In this document: piece by piece, positions 43,601-56,641 of the stretch
How positions within the stretch are numbered: the first letter of the stretch is position 1
How the letters are laid out: every line of letters starts with the position of its first letter
From: Trichinella spiralis
Lineage: Eukaryota
Assembly: GCF_000181795.1 (NCBI RefSeq)
Contig: NW_003526943.1
Span: 11,212,007 to 11,276,006, forward strand
DNA: 64,000 bases
Reading direction: 5' to 3'
The notes under the pieces: generated by a model
The model's input: the letters and a program-made list of their open reading frames with translations, nothing else
Database searches by the model: none
Told to the model about the DNA's origin: nothing
Position numbers and translations under genes: made by a program

Positions 43601-45216
43601 CCTGCACAATGATGATGTTCATGCAAATAAAATCCCGGACGACATTGGCAAGTGTAACTTCCAGGTTGGTTGATGCATATGTGATCACAAACATCATTGC
43701 TTTCGCATTCATCAATATCTTTGCAAGATAGTCTGTCGTTGCTTAATAAATATCCATTTTCACAAGCACATTCATACGCTCCAGGAATGTTAATGCAAAT
43801 TTGCTCACAGTGGCCGTTCCAATTTTGACATTCATCAATGTCTAAACAAAAAAATTGCTTAAATAAAAATGCACTATGTGGAGATATCTATATCAGAATT
43901 AATTGCCTGAACAAGTTTTATTATCAGCATTTAAAATAAATCCATTATCACAGTAACATTCAATTCCATTTTCAGTTGATTCACATCGCTTTTCACAACC
44001 TCCGTTGTCAATTTCACATGAAGCTTAAAATTCAAATGTATAAGTTAATTTTGTTTAACAAATGTTTATGTTTTTACCAACGCATGAATGCTCATCGCTT
44101 GCTAGGAAGTAACCAGAATGGCACATACAAATTGTACCTTGACGGGTGTCCAAGCAGTTATGTTGACATCCACCATTTCCAATCTTCACGATGTTGTAAT
44201 TGTTATTTTCAAATAAATGCAATTTTACATAATTGGATAATGTTAAAAAAGAAAAGAAAATACTAATAATTAATTATTAATAATAAATTTACCGAACAAG
44301 TGGAGATGCAAGTTCGCCCATCAGAATGTAAATGGTACCCAGATTTACAATAGCAGCTTCCAAATTCTTTTACACAACCATGAGTACAGCCCAACTGATC
44401 GCAAATTTGACTTGGTTTCTCTTAATCGAATCATCTTATTATTGCTACAGTGTATACAGAAATATACGTACTTAAGATGCAGCTAAATCCATCTGCGGCT
44501 AATACGAAACCTCTTTCACACGAACAATAGTAACTTCCAATAGTGTTTACGCAATAATGTTCGCAATAGCCGTTGTCCGTTTTGCATTCATCAATATCTA
44601 AAATTATGCATCATTCAGAAATTAATTAAGCATTTTTAAAAATTAATCAAATAATGAGTGATAGCAAAGGATACGAAACAAAAATACTTTCACAAAATTT
44701 AACCTCTCAGTCAGAAAAGTTTTCAAACATATATGCAGAAAAGTTAAATTTAACTTGCGTTTAAAAAAATGCTTTTTACATCTGATAAGAATTTACTTAA
44801 ACAGAAGCACGCTAATTTATATCGTTTACAAAAAACATTCTTGAAGTACAGTAATTAACAATAATTTTATTTATTCAAATAATGTAAGTAAATTTGTACA
44901 AATTTGCAAGCATATTTTGTAAATGAATGATTTTTTTTAATTTGAATATTATTAATTAAAACATTAAGAAATTCATTGCACCTACACTATGTTACTATAA
45001 TACAGGTAGACAAATGAATTGTTATCTTTTTTTTTGATTTTAATAAATGAGAATGTTCATTTTTGAAAATGTCACCTAAACAATTTTTCTGATCATCAGC
45101 CAGTTGAAAGCCAACATAGCATGAACATTTGAAACTGCCAATAGTATTAGCACAAATTTGGACACAGTGCCCATTCATATGCTCGCATTCGTTTACGTCT
45201 ACAAAAGCAAAAGTTC

Positions 45217-45306
<90 letters not shown>

Positions 45307-46907
45307 CGAAAAAATAAAAATAAATTTAGCTAGTGATGTAATAATAAAATTTAAATACCACGACATCTGTTGCCGTGCTTTTGGAAGCCAGGTTTGCAAA
45401 CGCAAAAATAACGTCCGGATGCAAATTGACATTCACCTTTTTCTCCATCGCATGTTCGGTTTCCAAATGTGCATTCATCCCTTTTCCCTTAAAGGAACTT
45501 TTCATTTTTTTAATTTGTACAAAATCAACAAACATTCACATCCGACAAGACTGTATGCAATACCTCGTGATTTGAGCAACGAGATGATCACTTTACAAAG
45601 GCCGGTGCCGTATTGGCCAGGTTCAGAAATGAGCCTGTTCAAGCCGAGATAAAGAGTTCTGTTTTGTGAATTTTTAGGAAAAAGGGAAACCATTTCTGCA
45701 ATTGGCAAAAAGCGCTTCCTTTTAGCATCATTGATGTAAAATTTAGAACGTTTCTCGGTAATTTCAAGTTTCACCACTGGTCGGCGCCTCGATGGTAGAA
45801 AATTTTCAAACAGTCGACAATTGCTCTGATTGGAATGCTTGTTATTGCAGTGGAATGTAATTCGACGATTCTGAATGCACATCTCGGACTGGGCCAGGTC
45901 GTTGGTCCACAAGTATCCGCATCCGCCGGACTGCTTTTTCGACTGCGAGATGTGCAACGTCCACAGCTGGGGTCTGTTGTAGAAGCCGACTATTTTTACC
46001 AAAGATATGGAACCGTGCAAATTGATACGCAACACTGCTCTTCTATTGCAATCGCCGGTCAACGACCAATCCGAGCCGGCATTGGATTTGGAATATTCAA
46101 ATGATTCTTCTACACGTACAAACCTGCCAGTGCCGGACACATTTCCCGTTTTCAAATTTACGACAACCTTTTCATTACTGTGCATAAGCATTTTGGGTGG
46201 CTTATCTGAAACAGGCAAACAAACCAATATTTACGCATCATTCATTATCAACAATTTAAAATTCTTTTTCATGCTTTTTCTTTGCTTTGTTGCTTTTGTT
46301 AAATTTTACAAACATCAAAATATGCTAATAATAAAACATATTCCATGATTGAACGAAAAATAAAATTATATTGTACTCGATGTTCAGTTGTGCATTGCTT
46401 AAAGTACGCTCATAATTTACGCTTAGATATTACAAATTGCATTTACACAATAAAACTATAACTTATGAAATCGAACATTTCAAACTTTTTCTTGATTTCT
46501 TTGAAAAATAATAATCTTCTATTGATTTCAATATTTTTGCAATATAAATGTATAAAATGGTAAATAAGAATGCAGAATCTTTTTTCATTTTTGAAATCAA
46601 TGACGTCATTTAAGTAAAAAAAAGCATCGCTTTACGTATGCAAAAAGTTGTATACCAACAGTAAACAGCTCGAAATGTTGCAAAATAAGCGTTGAACCAA
46701 CTGTCAAGAAATAGCCAAAGCTGAAAATTGCTTTTCCAACGTGATGTTGAATGTTGAAATGGAAATTTCACAATTTAAACAGATGAATTGAAGAATGTTT
46801 TTTTTACTTGTTATAATATATAATTATGAATTATAATTTTATGCATACATACCGTTGCTGACGATGATCAAAGTTGCAAAAAATGAGAGCAGCCAAACAA
46901 AAGCCAT
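40652..46907 (-). CDS. SCUBE: SCUBE-like protein (signal peptide, extra N-terminal domain, 9 EGF, spacer, 3 Cys-rich repeats, CUB)
   Basis: Signal-peptide exon 46907-46853 ([18 protein letters not shown]). Nine EGF repeats lie between about 45490 and 43417, then CP.GTYQ/CPYGFYQ/CPIGSYQ repeats, a CUB domain ([22 protein letters not shown]) and a SCUBE-type tail ([11 protein letters not shown]...VIAEPENY). Confidence 0.87.
45217..45305. repeat. Perfect (AAT)n microsatellite, about 30 units, in a SCUBE intron
   Basis: Directly visible. It produces the spurious poly-N and poly-Y ORFs in the track. Confidence 0.97.
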
Positions 46908-48932
46908 CGATGTAGTAGTTTCGCACCAATGTTCAAGAATGCAATGGTCAACAAATTTCAACAATGGCAAAAGATCGCTTCTCAGATTGGCTACGTTCTG
47001 TCATATCGATAAAAAAAGTCAAGCATTTGCAAATCAACTTCTTTTGGAAAAGACAAATGAAAACTAATAATAATAATACAGTAGGCTTGTGTTATATGTT
47101 TTTTCTATTTTTAGTTATTATATTGTTGTTCTTATTGTTGATGGATGAAGGGTAAAAAAAAAAGATAACTCTTATACTATTATGCGTGAAGCAGAAATTG
47201 TAAATTGAGTTATTTTGGCTTATGGCAAAGCAGAAAGCATAACTGACACTGCCGGACGGCCCTCTTGAGCTTGCTGCAAAAAGACACACTCGACCGATTG
47301 GCAGTTGAGATAAAATATGCCTCAGTCGGTTGATTTGAACGCATCGATTGTCGTAAAGTAACTTTTGATCATGTGATGAAATTCACCTCAGGCACATTTC
47401 CATTTTTAGCATTCAATAAAGAATTTAATTATAAATTTCTCAATTTTTGTATCATCATACAAATATATGCATACAATGAAATACTAATACTACTAATAAT
47501 ACCTTATAATGCATATGAATTTTAAAGTTATTTTGATGATTCATAAATTGCTTTTAATCTGCTTTTTGTTTTTCAAATTTGAAAATTTTAAATTTCATTG
47601 AAAATAGTGTTGAAGATTATTCTTTGGAAAATACTTTTAAATTATAATAAATTATTTCATCATGCAAATTTACTCTGTCAGTCTTTGCAATCAACATTAC
47701 ATATATGGATTGGTTTGGCGAGTTTTTATCAGCACTTTTATTGAACAATGTTGGCATTAATGTGAACCTTTTGGCAAAATTTGAAATAAGAATAAATTAA
47801 ACTTGATTCATTGTAGTAAATTAATGTGAACACAACTCTCGATTTTAAGGTACATCAATATTGCGTGAGATAATTATATAAGAAACTTCTATAATTATAA
47901 ATTATCACTTGACTCATTTTCTGTTCATATATTTCTTAACAAAAACAAATGTATAAAAGTAATGTGTTCTTGAATCTGAAAAATAGTTGCAAATGCGGAG
48001 TAAAATGTTCATTTACAAGTTCTTTTCAATGCATTTTATAGCAAAAATTTGTCTAATCTTTTTTCAGAAGAAGAATCTGATAAAATAATATGCCATAATT
48101 ATTGATTAAAAAATGTAAATTTAATTAATTATTGCACTACATTTAATTTAGTCAGTCAAAATGGTAAACTATTTTAAGCAGATTTTATTGACTTCAGCTA
48201 TAATTGGTATTTTATTATACAATTTTAAGCAAAAATTGCTTATGAATGATATCATATTTATGACATTTGCTTTGTTCAGATTATCTTATTCTACTTGACT
48301 ATTTAACTCGTAAATTTCTTAAAGTGAGTAAAGAATATTCCATGCTATTTACATTCATTTGCATCATCTTTGCATTTCAAACCGCTTTTACAATTGCATT
48401 AAAAGGTTTTCAACTTTTTCTGAAATGTTACGCCGGTTTATATATGGGCTTTTTTCGTTTTGTTTTTGAAAACATAATCTTAAAATCAAAACATCTCTAA
48501 ACGTTCAAACATTTTACGCTTTAAGGCACCTTTCTTGCTTAATTTTGTTATTTTATTTAAAATAGGATTTTCAAGCTTTAAATACATTTTATAAACTTTA
48601 AATATAGTTGTAATTGAACTTAATTAATTTTCATAATTCAAAATTTATTCCAACTTCCATGCACAATTCCCATACATCTCTATATGCATATATTTATAGA
48701 ATACAGTACACTGTAGTTGCATACCTTTATTTTTATATTTTTACAGTATGATTTTTCTGTTATTACACACTATTCTTTTGTAGTTATATATGTTATCTGT
48801 TATATTTTATATAAATGAATTTAAAAGGTTTTTTAAATAAATCTGTTAGTATAGCTTTGAAAAGCAATTTTTTTCCAACTTGTATAATTTCAAATTGGGA
48901 AGCATAACTTAAAAATCCAATGAACATTTTAC

Positions 48933-51900
48933 ATGGCTTCAAGATTGAGGTAAAGGTGATTTATTTTTAATTCGATTGAAATTTCAAAGAAATTTTTTTG
49001 TTTAGATTAAATCCAGTTACATTGTTTGATGTGTTTGCTGAAGTTGCATCCAATGAATCAGAGGGTGGAAATCCATGGATTTTGTGGAAATATCCGGACG
49101 ATTTTAATGACGAAGTATTTTTTTTGTTGTAAAATTATTACAAATGGACTGTCTTGATGTGTTATTTTTGTGTAGAAAATTTTACGTTCCATAGCGGAAT
49201 TTTCTTATCCTTGTACTCTTTCGAGGTAAATATTTCATTAATTATTTATTATTCAACTAAAAAAATTATATTTCAGTGAATCTGTACAGCTGTTTTCATT
49301 TGTGTTAACAGATTTGGAAGGCTGCTATACGTTTGGCTTTTGTCGACATGCACCTCGAACAAAAACTTGCTATTGTTTGTTGAGGTGAAAGAATTTGTAT
49401 TCGAAAATGTTTATTAAGTCTCTATTTATTTTTATGTTTCAAATGTTATGTTTTTAATTAAATTTTTTATTTACATGCAGTTTATTGAACTTGTAAAGTT
49501 TAATGTGAAAAGTAAAATTGTTTGTATTATTTCAGTGCATTGCCTTGGCCGGAAGTGTTTTTCAAATTTCTCAATCACATTGCAAGCGTTGCTGACCAGT
49601 GTTCTGTATTGAAATTAATTTTCAGTTTCATATCAGCAATTTCAATTTTCACCTTTTAGCCTGATGAAGTTGAACGCTTGTTGGATTGCACTTATCATCA
49701 AGAAATACCACTTCCAAACCAGACGTTTGTTATCAATTCTTCATCTGGTCGGAATGTAATTTCTGCCATTGACGTAATGAATGAGTGAACAAATGAATTA
49801 CAATATTAGCATTGTAGGCATTGGAATGTCTTTGCCCTGACAATACGAAATTACCTAAAATACCTGAGAATGTTTGTTATTTGCATGCATAATTTTTTTT
49901 GAAAATAAATTTTCTCCATTTTCAGCGTTATTTAACTGAATATTTTAACGCAGTCAATGAAACTGCAATGATTGCAGTTTTCGCTAGTATGCTGTGTGAA
50001 AGGAGGATTATTTTCAAAGGAAACAAGTTGGGCAAACTGAGTTCGTGTGTTTTAGCAGCTAATTTGCTGATTTATCCTATGCATTGGTGAGCGATTTTCT
50101 TTTCTGATCAATTTTATAATTACTATGCTTTTATTCAACCAATTGATATTCCTTTTTCATCATTTAATTTCACTTGATCAAGTGAACGATTGAAAAGAAC
50201 ATTTTTGTCTGAATTTATGAAAACGGTGAAAATTGTAATGTTCTCACATTTAGGCAGCACATATTTATTCCAGTTTTACCTGCTCATCTCTGCCATTATT
50301 TAAAGTGAGTTTTTATTTTTCAATAAATAATATTTAATTTCGCTCGAATAATCTGTACATAAACAAGCAACCTTATTTATTATTAATTCAAGTATTGTTT
50401 TTGCAGTGCACCGATGCCATATCTCATTGGTGTGCCTTCGGTATTATACGAGGTAAGTAATGTTGTTTTTTTTGGTATATTTTTTGGTTTATGGGGTTTT
50501 ATAATTTATTAATTATATTTATTCTTAATTTTAGCAATCTTTTATGCAAGAAGTTGATTTGAATGACGTTGTAATGCTTGACATTGATTCGAAGTTGTTC
50601 CGTTCACCGTACGACGATGTGAGCACATTGCCATACGAAGTGGTACGTTTGGAAAATATTTTCATTGAAAGAATTAATATCTTCTGTAATTTTGCATTTT
50701 TTGAATTTCAGATCTCCGTTTTGAAGAAAAACATGAGACTGTCCTATGGAACGGCTGGTGACGGTCTTGCTCGTGCCTTTTTGCGCGCTTTGGTTGTACT
50801 GATCGGTGGATATCGTGAAGCTTTGCAATTTCGACAAGGCGAATTGATCACATTCAGTCCTGAAGCATTTGTTCAAACGAGGCCTTCAAATTTGAGACCT
50901 TTTCTGGATAAAATGCTCGATTTGCAAATATTTCGTCAAGTAACTTTTTTTTCATCTCAGTCAATCAATCATTAAATTATACATATGTAATGTGGAACAA
51001 AAATCAATTCTGTTTTATGTAGAAATTGTTGTAAGAGTGAGCAGTTTTATCATTTCATTGATAAGTTTAGTTTATTGACGATCGCTTGGATAGATTGAAC
51101 ACGGGCGTGGGATTTCAAGATCAGTTTGAAGAGGAATGCAACTGTTATTCAGGGAAAGAATCTAGTCGAATTAAATACCAGTACAACGAATGGATGAACA
51201 ATATGAAAGTATGTATTATAATCTATTTAAATGTTTTCTTTCATGTAAATAATGGTTTTTTGCTTTTTTCTAGAAAGAAGGTGGTGCATGGGTCAAGCAA
51301 ATTCGAAGCAAAGTATCAGTTTTTTTCATTAACACTATTGAATAGGAGTTTTCAGTTTTTGTTTTCAGGTAAAATTGAAAGGTAAAGAAGCTATGAATGA
51401 TATACGGAATATACTTGGTGATTTGAAAGTATTCAAATTGAAATATTTTCATTTTCCAACGAACTTTCACCCTTTTCTATATATATATTTCTATAGGAGG
51501 ATTCAACAACAATGAAGGCAGTTCCTCCAATACAGCAGCATTCGCAGAGTTGTATTCGACGCGCACGCGACAAAGTAATTAAATCCGGCTAAAACTTTGG
51601 ATGGATTTTTTAAATTTCATTTCTACTTTTCAGCTAATGCAAAAGGCTGTTTTACCTTTGAAAGCTGGCCGGTCGAAGTGGATGGACTTGAATGTGAGCA
51701 AAGATGATAACTTGAGCGGTGAAGAAGCGGAAGAGGAACGCAATGCAGAAAGCAAAGCAGAAGAACATTGTACAAAATTGCAGAAAAATAAGAATTCTAC
51801 AAATTTTGATTTAATGTCAGAAATGCAAGAAGTATTGTCCAGACGATCATCTGTTTTAGTTAGATTAGAGCAGGAACAAGAGCAACAACAACAACAACAA

Positions 51901-52604
51901 CCTAGCATTTCAGGCATGGATAATAAACATCCTCCTGGCACCAGTAGTAAGCAAGGTTAAAATTTTGGAAATATACTTTGCAATTATTGTTTTCTTTTGT
52001 AAAAGTCTCAACAGTTCAGCTTTTATATCATAAAATAGAGAGCTGTTCAGAAATTTCTACGCAATCAAGGAAGTATACATGCAAAAAGCTAATATGAAAG
52101 TGATTTAAAAGTAGAAGAAAGAAAACACAAAAACCTCTAACACAGAAAGACAATTTAAGCGTTGGATAAATTTGAGTAATATTTTTTCTCCTGTTGTTAT
52201 GCTGAAATGTAAAAATCAAAATATTTTTAATTTGTCTTGGATGTATATTTGCATAGAAGAAGGGCTGCTTCTGCTTCTTAAATAAGGACTATCTTTAAAG
52301 TGATGTAGCATTTTGAAAAATAAGCAGACATTTAGTATTTGCAAAACAGAGATTATCTGTTGTAGATGAGACTGAATGCTCGACTGAGAACAACGATTTA
52401 ATCGATCTGAGATCAGATGATCCGTCAGTTTCGGTTGCATCATCTGCTGCACAAGAATGCACTCCAAAAATGGATGGGAATTCAGAATTGAATTTACTGG
52501 AATCCATTTTTACCCCTGCAACTTCGACTTCTTCTTTGCAAACTAAAACTTCACCTTCTGGAGTTGTCAATTCTTTGCCTGCGAACTGGGAAACATTCGA
52601 TTAA
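48933..52604 (+). CDS. DENND1: DENN domain protein 1 (connecdenn / RME-4-like Rab35 GEF); about 17 exons
   Basis: N-terminus MASRLR|LNPVTLFDVFAEV, then FSFVLTDLEG..FGFCR, FASMLCERRI, YPMHWQHIFIPVLP, APMPYLIGV, GDGLARAFLRALVVLIGGYR and FIDDRLDRLNTG.GFQDQFEEE. The C-terminal WETFD is a WxxF-acidic AP-2-binding motif. Confidence 0.92.
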
Positions 52605-53012
52605 ACAAACTCAAGAAATTATAATAATAATTATTATTATGTAATTTTTACTTGAAACATTTGTTGTTGTACGTGTTGTGTACATACATATATATATATA
52701 AGAAGAAAATCTTTTTTATTTTTAAGAATTATGATGATGATGTTATTTATTATTATATTGATGTTGAATCGTGATGTTTAATGAATAACTACTACTTTGT
52801 GCTTTGAATGTTCTGTCATCTTTGATATATTTAATAAATAGTTATTATCATTGTTTTTTGAGAAATACGGATACAGCATGAAATCGTTTGAGACATTTGA
52901 ACACAATGGAATAAAAAATGAACAATCTTTATTTCTGATCTTACTTTTATAAAATGCATATCTATTACAGAATTTATAACGTTCAAATTTTTAAAGTTGT
53001 CCAAAAGAAAAA

Positions 53013-54445
53013 TCATTTCCATCTATAATGGGCATAAGCCTTGTTTGCTTCACATTGTCGATGCAAATCTTGCTTTTTCTTCACAATACGTCCCTGTCAA
53101 ATTTGTATTTCATTTTAAATTTAAAATTAACAAACATAAAAAACAAACAATACAACCTCGTTGTTGAAAGCATCCAATAGTTCTTTACCCAACGACTCTG
53201 CCATCGTTTCCGTATGACCACGTATTCGACAAGTTCGTACTAACCATTTCATAGCCATAAAGCGAGCATATTTTCTTGTGACAAACGAAGGAACCGAAAA
53301 TATACGAATAACAATTTTAAATAATAATAACGCATATTATGCACGGTAATAATAATAATAATCATAACACACAATAATAAAGTACTGACATTTGCAACAA
53401 ATGCCAAAATGCTTCCCTCCTTTCCCTCTATTTACTTGGTAAGTGATGCCACCACGAGTGGCAGGCATCAATTTCAGAACGGGAGTGCAATTTTCAATTG
53501 CTTTGTGGAAAATTTTCCAAGGATTGCATTCAATTTCTTTCCGTTCTTCATCAGAATTACAAGCTAACCATTTTTTCACTTGTTTACGCTTTATATATTC
53601 AAAACAGTTCGCCATAATTCGCTGCGCCAAATCTTTACGACCATCTTTCATTACCATATGTGTGAAAGTTCTGCGTAAAAGAACAATAATTTCTTCGCAT
53701 ACATATGCAAATTATAAATTTGTATTTAAATTTAAACAAATAAAAATTATACATTAAAACAGGATCGTGAAAGAAAGTAGTCGCATCTGAATGAAATAAC
53801 GGCTTGATTGGCCGATATTTGCGTGGATCATCTTCACTTAAAGGAAGATCAAGTTCACTTTTATCAGTAATAGGATCTTGGTAAGTTGGATTCCAAATAG
53901 AAGTTCGTTTGTTAATTATGCTAAAATAATTGATTTCAAAAACAAATTTAAAAATTTCGGATATATCAGCTGAAAATTATGGAACTGAACTACAAATACT
54001 ACATTTGAAATGTTGCCCTATCAGCAAAGCAAACAGTTCAGTGCAATTCAAAATAAGTAACAAAAAGCATTATTAAACAAATGAATTAAAAATTCTGATA
54101 ATCTTAACCCAAAAAACAAAAGAAATGCCCAAATAAAGTTTTTCGAACTAAAACAATTCAAACGTAAGAGGAAATTAGTAAAAAACAAGACTACCTCTAA
54201 TAATATCATGAAACTAAAGAAAATGTGGTTTTCTTTACAAGAAAAAGAAATATTAAATATTTCACAGTTTCAATTAAATAAAATGAACTTTGAATTGGCA
54301 TTAAATCACTGACTGCACATAATGAAACATTTAGTTGTGAAACAAACTTGAATTGTACAATAAAAATTACATTGCAGATTAAAATATCAATAAAATGTTA
54401 CTTTGGTGTAAAACAGCTTCCACAAATTCGCCGGAAGTAAAGCAT
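53013..54445 (-). CDS. MRPS7: Mitochondrial ribosomal protein S7; 5 exons
   Basis: Translation includes MVMKDGRKDLAQRIM, IECNPWKIFHKAIENCTPVL, GGITYQ|VP, RFMAMKWL and KKQDLHRQCEANKAYAHYRW. The first exon (54445-54402, MLYFRRICGSCFTP) is inferred from splice phase. Confidence 0.9.
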
Positions 54446-55559
54446 TTATTTCAAAGCAATGAATCAATGAACATCGGATCTATCAAAAGAAAATATTCTG
54501 AATAGTTGAGTTAGTAATCTTAAGTTTAATCAAGTTTAAGTTCAGTTTTGGTTTCAAAAAATATATCTACAGTAGTATTTCTAACGATAAATATGTCAAA
54601 AATTATTAAGTGGTATTTTTTATTTGTTAGAAACGTACTTATTATTTAAAAAAACTACGTCATCTACGAAATGTTTTATACAAATACAGTATGAACATTC
54701 AAAGCAACTAGTAAAAAACATTGTTTTTTGTGAGTTTTATTTTTTATATAAAATTGCATAAAGTTTAAATTGCGCTAATCAAATATCAAACAAGTAGTCA
54801 TTTTAATAAAAACGCGATTCAATATTTTATAATTTGAAGCATGAATCTTGAATTGCTGTTTAATACGAACAACGGGCGTTTTTAATTTAAAATTTAGAAT
54901 ATTTTTCTTAATTGTAATTATTACTGGACACTGTTTAATAATTATTAAACGTGCTTTTCATTAAATGAAAAATATTCCGTATTGAAAATAAAAGAAAACA
55001 CTGAATAATATGATGCATGCATACAGCATGAAATGTATTTTCATTTTGAATTACTTTTCTTATTTTATTTTAAGCTATAAGAACATTTTTAATTATTGAA
55101 AGTGCGAACTTCATGAATAAAACTTAAACATCACATCACAACAGTAACTCACCCATAATCAAATGAGGAAATTCGATGAAAATAGTAACTAAATTTTGAG
55201 ATTGCGTAAGTTTGTTAAGCTTCTGCCGCTTTTTATTTAATACGGTTAACTGCGTAAATTAAAAATTATGTTGTAAAAAAGTTGTTTCCTAGCAAGAATT
55301 TAAAATGATGTAAGCATTAAAAATTGCTATTTGAAAATTTAAGAGGGTCTTTTATTACAATAATTAGTTCTAAAATGCACGAAAATTGTTTGTATGGTTT
55401 TATTCTGCGTTTTTCTGAAATTAGCCTCATTTACAAATATTTGTATATTTCAGTGGTAAATAAGATAGTTTTTCAATAATAATAATGCAATAATGTAGTC
55501 ACTTTACTATTTTTATAATTTTTCAGCTTATTAATAAGCTTTAAATTTAGTCTATCACT

Positions 55560-55884
55560 ATGAAGATCCAGTTATTTATTAGAGATACGTTATTTCGAAT
55601 GTTATGGCAATCGAGTACAGCAAATTCATCAACCTATACTTCAGGAATCGAGCATGCAGAAACTATGCCCAAAAGTTTGAATCTTAATCTGAATCATTTT
55701 GTTTTTAATTATGTATGATTTAGAAAAAAACAAAAATTTCACACCATCGTCGTATAAAGTTCAGGAGTATTACAGCTTCAATAAATGGAGCTTTTACGAC
55801 TTAGGAAAGAAACTTGAAGCATTTCGTTTGTCTCAGCCTAATCCTAATCAACCAGACTTACCTAGAAAAACCATTAAAATGTAG
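55560..55884 (+). CDS. NDUFV3: NDUFV3-like complex I accessory subunit; 2 coding exons
   Basis: Exons at about 55560-55674 and 55724-55884. The C-terminal YKVQEYYSFNKWSFYDLGKKLEAFRLSQP matches the NDUFV3 conserved motif (Y...E...Y..F.D....L...RL.QP). Confidence 0.72.
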
Positions 55885-55982
55885 AATGTTTTATATAATC
55901 ATTACTTAAATTTATTTTTATTTATAATGCTAAAATAAAAGTATTTGTTTGAATTTTGATTTCATCCCTTCTCTTCGGAAAG

Positions 55983-56024
55983 AAGCGTAAAGGCTTAATT
56001 CCATGGAATTAAGCCTTTACGCTT
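55983..56024. repeat. Perfect 42-bp palindrome
   Basis: AAGCGTAAAGGCTTAATTCCA|TGGAATTAAGCCTTTACGCTT: 21-bp arms with no spacer. Confidence 0.97.
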
Positions 56025-56146
56025 AGAATATGTGCAAAGAAACAACTTTCGAAATTTGCAAAAAAAAAGTTTTTATTACATAACATAAACAACGACTAAT
56101 ATACAATAATGTTAACAATTAATACAATAATAATAACAGGCAGTTT

Positions 56147-56641
56147 TCATTTGTCATCTTGATCCGATAAATCAGGTGAAGAAGAAACTTGTTCACTATC
56201 TTCATCAGTCTCCTCTTCATCATTTTCTTCATCGTCAGCTGAAGAATCAAAATCTGAATCGGACGGAGGTAGATCCAGTTCGTAAACGTCGTTTTTGGAT
56301 TTCCGATCTTTGAAAGGAAGAGGAAACACTTCTGGCCACAAACCGTTTTGTACTATATGTTCAATGTTATCGTTGAATAAGATGCGGAAGATCTCTGCTT
56401 TTACTTTTTTTCCTTCTTCTATTGGCTCACACAGGACGTAGCTTCCACGCTTAACCCAAATATGCTTTCTATATTTTGTTGGCATGCTAACCAAAAATGT
56501 TTCTCCAGACGCAGTTTCCACTTCAACCAAATTACTTCCACGATTTGAAATAACACGTGCGATAAACATTGGAGGTTCGGGAAGAACCATATCATAAAAA
56601 ATTTCATGAGTAACATATTTACGTTTTGTAGCTACCGACAT
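56147..56641 (-). CDS. EIF1AD: Probable RNA-binding protein EIF1AD (eIF1A-like OB fold), single coding exon
   Basis: Translation includes MSVATKRKYV, RGSNLVEVETASGETFLVSMPTKYRKHIWVKRGSYV, PIEEGKKVKAEI, GLWPEVF and an acidic tail (LPPSDSD). Confidence 0.92.
   Translation of the reverse strand: MSVATKRKYVTHEIFYDMVLPEPPMFIARVISNRGSNLVEVETASGETFLVSMPTKYRKHIWVKRGSYVLCEPIEEGKKVKAEIFRILFNDNIEHIVQNGLWPEVFPLPFKDRKSKNDVYELDLPPSDSDFDSSADDEENDEEETDEDSEQVSSSPDLSDQDDK

Noticed and set aside
45129..45432. Poly-Asn and poly-Tyr ORFs
   Set aside because: They are translations of an intronic (AAT)n microsatellite.
47291..47333. Hairpin CGACCGATTGGCA...TGCCTCAGTCGGTTG as a possible pre-miRNA
   Set aside because: The stem is only about 13 bp with a bulge and G:U pairs, too short for a miRNA precursor.
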